From contig SCTX01000030.1 in assembly GCA_004298385.1 (NCBI GenBank), positions 12,069 through 76,068 on the forward strand: 64,000 nt of DNA. Reading direction: 5' to 3'. Made by a program: the position numbers and the translations under genes. The notes below the pieces were generated by a model. It worked only from the letters and a program-made list of their open reading frames with translations. It did not search any database and was not told the DNA's origin. Below are positions 61,109-64,000 of the stretch, piece by piece; position 1 is the stretch's first letter, and the number at the start of each line of letters is the position of its first letter. The stretch comes from Betaproteobacteria bacterium. Lineage in GTDB: Bacteria; Pseudomonadota; Gammaproteobacteria; Burkholderiales; SG8-39.

Positions 61109-62149
61109 ATGAAAAAGGATCGTTTGAAACCCTGGCTGCCAGCGCTCGCATGCGTGTTCCTGGCATTCGGTAGCGGGGCCGCCCTCGGCCAGGAGAAAAA
61201 AATCGTGCTGCGGGTGGCGGATGCCTTTCCGCTCGGCCACTATATCGCCGAACACGCGGCGAAGTTCTGGATGGAAACCGTCAAGCGGAGCAGCAACGGC
61301 GCGGTGGATTTCGAGTACTACCCGGCCGAGCAGCTCGGCAAGGCCAAGGATCTGCTGGCGCTGACGGTCTCGGGAGTCGCCGATGTCGGCTACGTGGCGC
61401 CATCCAATGTCTCGGACAAGATGCCGCTTTCCGCGGTCGCGGAGCTTCCTGGCGGCTTTCCGACCTCCTGCGCCGGAACCCTCGCCTACTGGAAGATCGC
61501 CAAGGACGGGATCCTGGCCCAGAAGGAGCTGGAGCCCAACGGGGTCCGGCTGCTGTTTACTTTGGCCCTGGCGCCTTACCAGATTTTTGCCCGCCAGAAA
61601 TTCGATTCCCTGAAGAGCATCGAAGGATTGAAAATTCGCACCACCGGGGGCGCCATGGACACCACGGTGCGCAAGCTCAAGGCGGTGTCGGTGAAGATGC
61701 CCGGTCCTGAAATCAACGAAGCCCTGTCCCGAGGAACCATCGACGCGGGAGTGTTTCCTTACGCCAGCGTGCTGTCCTGGAAGTGGGACGCCCATGCCAA
61801 ATTCACCACTGTGGGAGAGAATTTTGGCAGCTTCATCGCGAGTTACGTGATCAGCGAAACGCGTTGGAAAAAACTGCCCGAGAACGTGCAGAAAATCATG
61901 CTGGAAGCCGGGGAAGCCGCCACCCGCAACGCCTGCGCCCAAGTCGACAAGAGCATCGACACCGATATCGAAAAATTGCAACAGCGGGGCGTCACGCCGG
62001 TGAAATTCTCTAGCGCTGACAAAAAAGAGATAGAGTCCCTCCTGGCCACGGTGTCCACGGAATGGGCCGAGGCTCTGGACAAGCGCGGCAAACCCGGCAG
62101 CGAGGCGCTCAAGGCGTTCCGCGCCGCCCTGGCCCAAGGGGGTCGATGA
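61109..62149 (+). CDS. TRAP transporter DctP-type substrate-binding protein
   Basis: Signal peptide MKKDRLKPWLPALACVFLAFGSGAALG. Contains LRVADAFPLGHYIAEH...YYPAEQLGKAKD. Confidence 0.8.
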   Translation: MKKDRLKPWLPALACVFLAFGSGAALGQEKKIVLRVADAFPLGHYIAEHAAKFWMETVKRSSNGAVDFEYYPAEQLGKAKDLLALTVSGVADVGYVAPSNVSDKMPLSAVAELPGGFPTSCAGTLAYWKIAKDGILAQKELEPNGVRLLFTLALAPYQIFARQKFDSLKSIEGLKIRTTGGAMDTTVRKLKAVSVKMPGPEINEALSRGTIDAGVFPYASVLSWKWDAHAKFTTVGENFGSFIASYVISETRWKKLPENVQKIMLEAGEAATRNACAQVDKSIDTDIEKLQQRGVTPVKFSSADKKEIESLLATVSTEWAEALDKRGKPGSEALKAFRAALAQGGR

Positions 62150-63327
62150 GAATGGCCGATGCTTCCTGGGGTCCCCTCGCCGGTCTACGCGTGCTGGATT
62201 TCTCGGTACTGTTGCCGGGCCCCGCGGCGACGGTGATGCTGGCGGACTTGGGGGCGGACGTGGTGAAAGTGGAGCCGCTTGCCGGCGACCCGTTCCGCAT
62301 CATGACCCGGCCGGACACCATGTTTCGCAACACCAACCGCAATAAGCGCAGCATCGCCATCAACCTCAAGCATCCCGCAAGCCGGCAGGTGGTGGAGCGC
62401 TTGGCCGAGCGCTCCGACGTGGCGGTGGAAGCCTTCCGGCCCGGGGTCGCCGCACGGCTGGGTATCGACTCCGAATATCTTAGAAAGATCAATCCCGGAC
62501 TCGTCTATTGCTCTCTGTCCGGCTACGGCCAGGATGGTCCCTGGCGCAATATGCCGGGGCACGACGGCAACTACCTGGCGGCGGCGGGAGCCCTCGCCTT
62601 CTCCGGGCACTGGCTGGAAAAGCCGATGCGCTCGGGACTACCGGTGGCCGATCTGGCGGGAGGATCGCTGGCCGTGATCGCGATTCTCGCCGCGCTGCGG
62701 GAGCGCGAGGGCACCGGCAAAGGAGCGTACCTGGACATGAGCCTGTTCGAATCGGCCCTGTTCTACACTTCGCTGCGGCACGGCATGGCGGCCGACCGGC
62801 CGAACCGCGACCATCTGTTTCCGTTCAACGACCTGTTCGAGACGGCGGACGGCCAGCGCATCGCTTTTGCTCCCGTCGAGGAGCATTTCTGGAAAGAGTT
62901 CCAGCGGGCGATCGGCGATTTCGCCCCGGCGCTGCTGCATGCGGATTATGCAACGCCGGACGGGAGACGGCGGCGCGGCGACGAGCTGGCCCAAATTCTG
63001 CACGCGCTATTCCGCACCAAGACCGCCGCCGACTGGATGGCGTTGTTCGAGCGGCACGATCTGCCGGCGCAGTTGTGCCTCACCCCGGCCCAAGCCGCGG
63101 CCGGCTCCCAGGCAACGGCCCGGGAAATGGTGTTGCAAATGGACGGGGAACCCATGGTGCCTTTTCCGGTGCGCGCCGACGGGCGGCGGGGCGGGGTGCT
63201 GAAACGCGGGGCCCCCCGCGTAGGCCAAGACACGCTGGCGATTCTGGAAGAACTGGGATTTGAAAAACAGCAACGCGCAGCGCTGGTCGAGCAGGCTGTG
63301 GTCGGTATCCCCGCTGACGCCGCTTAG
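62146..63327 (+). CDS. Family III (CaiB/BaiF) CoA-transferase
   Basis: Contains LAGLRVLDFSVLLPGPAATVMLADLGADVVKVEPLAGD. The start overlaps the preceding stop. Confidence 0.85.
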   Translation: MRMADASWGPLAGLRVLDFSVLLPGPAATVMLADLGADVVKVEPLAGDPFRIMTRPDTMFRNTNRNKRSIAINLKHPASRQVVERLAERSDVAVEAFRPGVAARLGIDSEYLRKINPGLVYCSLSGYGQDGPWRNMPGHDGNYLAAAGALAFSGHWLEKPMRSGLPVADLAGGSLAVIAILAALREREGTGKGAYLDMSLFESALFYTSLRHGMAADRPNRDHLFPFNDLFETADGQRIAFAPVEEHFWKEFQRAIGDFAPALLHADYATPDGRRRRGDELAQILHALFRTKTAADWMALFERHDLPAQLCLTPAQAAAGSQATAREMVLQMDGEPMVPFPVRADGRRGGVLKRGAPRVGQDTLAILEELGFEKQQRAALVEQAVVGIPADAA

Positions 63328-63477
63328 GGAACCTCCTTGCACAGAGGGACCCAGGCAAGGCGAAGACCATCGGATTAGTCCTGCCGGGAGGAAAGTCCGG
63401 CAGGATTGATGCGTCCGGCGCGCCCAAAAAACTCGCTGCGGTTTTCAAAGCTACGACAATCCGCTTAAAAGGAAATT

Positions 63478-64000
63478 ATGGAAAATTCAGGATGGGCCGG
63501 ACCCCTGGCCGACATCAAAGTATTGGACCTGACCCGGGTGCTGGCTGGGCCCTACGCCACCATGCTGCTGGGGGACCTGGGGGCCGAGGTCATGAAAATC
63601 GAGCCACCGGGCAAAGGCGACGACATCCGCATCATGGCGCCGTTTATCAAAGGCGAGAGCCATTATTTCATCGCACTCAACCGTAACAAGAAAAGCCTGG
63701 TGCTCGACCTCAAGAAGCCCGAAGGAGTACAAGCGGTAATGGATCTCGCGCGCACGGCCGACGTGCTGGTGGAAAACTACCGGCCCGGCGTCATGGATTC
63801 CCTGGGACTGGGCTACGAAAAGCTGGCGCAGATCAATCCACGGCTCGTTTATTGCTCCATCAGCGGCTTCGGCGCTCATGGGCCGCTGCGGGACAAGCCC
63901 TCCTTCGACATCGTTACCCAAGCCTTGAGCGGCGTCATGAGCGTGAACGGCTCCCCGGACACCCCGCCGGAAAAGCTAGGCGTTCCGCTAGGGGATATGG
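63478..64000 (+). CDS. Family III CoA-transferase, N-terminal part (runs off the window)
   Basis: The ATG at 63478 opens a frame reading MENSGWAGPLADIKVLDLTRVLAGPYATMLLGDLGAEVMKIEPPGKGDD. No stop occurs before the window end. Confidence 0.8.
   Translation, partial: MENSGWAGPLADIKVLDLTRVLAGPYATMLLGDLGAEVMKIEPPGKGDDIRIMAPFIKGESHYFIALNRNKKSLVLDLKKPEGVQAVMDLARTADVLVENYRPGVMDSLGLGYEKLAQINPRLVYCSISGFGAHGPLRDKPSFDIVTQALSGVMSVNGSPDTPPEKLGVPLGDM

Overview
High-GC proteobacterial chromosome segment, probably betaproteobacterial (inferred from the Bug/TctC-type binding protein and the parAB-atp arrangement). Every gene I can support is listed in the features. Layout: (1) 1-9.6 kb is core: parA (partial), parB, a pcm-like methyltransferase and a complete F1Fo ATP synthase operon atpIBEFHAGDC, with hairpin repeats inserted between atpI/atpB and atpG/atpD. 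(2) 9.8-23.3 kb is an accessory island with all genes on the + strand. It holds a Type III restriction-modification system in the order res then mod, split by a 1.5 kb linker. The linker contains gene relics (a DUF1016 fragment and ORF6N fragments), an orphan antitoxin-like ORF and an intact ORF6N gene. Downstream of mod come a translationally coupled pair of unknown ORFs (184 and 369 aa), a diverged relic of a second mod 3' end, an overlapping three-gene unit (TIGR04255-like plus two small ORFs), and a UvrD-like helicase with an N-terminal RelE/ParE-like domain. I saw no integrase, transposase, tRNA, rRNA or CRISPR array anywhere in the window. (3) 23.4-64 kb is acyl-CoA metabolism: a Liv-type ABC transporter with an embedded acyl-CoA synthetase, an SDR/MaoC/three-ACAD/enoyl-CoA hydratase/HMGL-like module, hemG, the leucine-isovalerate (liu) genes, miscellaneous enzymes, and a GntR-led cluster with four family III CoA-transferases and two orphan binding proteins. 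The best candidates for an undescribed system are the unknown genes at 17.76-23.34 kb, especially the two-gene cassette bracketed by the two mod tails. Several interspersed structured repeat families and a conserved 58-nt leader motif are also reported. All family assignments rest on motifs read by eye from the translations. No database search was run.
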